A stretch of 64,000 nt of DNA from Macrostomum lignano (taxonomy: Eukaryota), in NCBI GenBank assembly GCA_002269645.1, contig NIVC01001338.1, positions 62,001 through 126,000 on the forward strand, read 5' to 3'. Positions within the stretch are counted from its first letter, which is position 1, and every line of letters begins with the position of its first letter. The notes beneath the pieces are model-generated. The model saw nothing but the letters and a program-made list of their open reading frames with translations. It was not told where the DNA came from and made no database searches. Below are positions 63,721 to 64,000 of the stretch, piece by piece. The translations under genes were made by a program, and so were the position numbers.

Positions 63721-64000
63721 AGTGCTCTAAATAACGAGACTCCTGTTTTCTCACTCGACCGGAATTTGTTGTTTAATCTGCTTAACTAATCTCTGCGTTT
63801 TAGTTTTCAGTTTCACTGTCAATTTTAGGTTTTATTCTAAGCGCAAGTGTAATTGAATTTTTTATTCATATTAGTCAGGCATATTGCGTACAGCATTAGT
63901 AAAGGTAAAGGTAAATAGACTGCTTGTAACTAGTTTTTCCTTCATGTGGATTGGCTTTAACGAAGCCTTTTGTATTTCAAGTAATGCTGAATTCGCTGGA

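Noticed and set aside
63542-63754. ORF resembling a LINE ORF2 C-terminus or an RIIa docking motif
   Set aside because: Similarity is too weak, internal copies carry a stop, and competing plus-strand readings are equally plausible.

Overview
Eukaryotic (metazoan) genomic DNA. GC-rich exons separated by minisatellite-filled introns suggest a flatworm such as Macrostomum; this species call is inference only. Spliced genes reconstructed by hand from GT-AG junctions and phase continuity: PLAA/Doa1 (-, 6 exons, 3' end outside the window), an FBXO30/FBXO40-like F-box protein (-) followed by a second F-box-less pair of paralogous exons, DPCD (+, one -1 frameshift), a frameshifted secreted LamG-like gene, a secreted PAN-like + ALK/LTK-type glycine-rich protein, ECI2 (+), a probable catalytically dead neprilysin (M13)-like membrane protein, a secreted FN2-domain protein and a fibrinogen-domain pseudogene. 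The most novel observation is two small two-exon genes missed by the ORF track (34766-35151 -, 54042-54542 +). Both encode signal peptide + propeptide-NKR + a 6-Cys defensin-like peptide, with an identical 145-nt first coding exon and an unusual CxxxC...C...CxC-x(1-2)-C framework. Repeats include an 8.4-kb 23-bp satellite, a 662-bp tandem array, about 20 minisatellites, RTE-type LINE fragments, two tRNA-derived SINEs (one CORE-type), a hAT-like MITE with an 8-bp TSD and palindromic elements. Most ORFs in the supplied track are repeat artefacts. No CRISPR array or rRNA was found.
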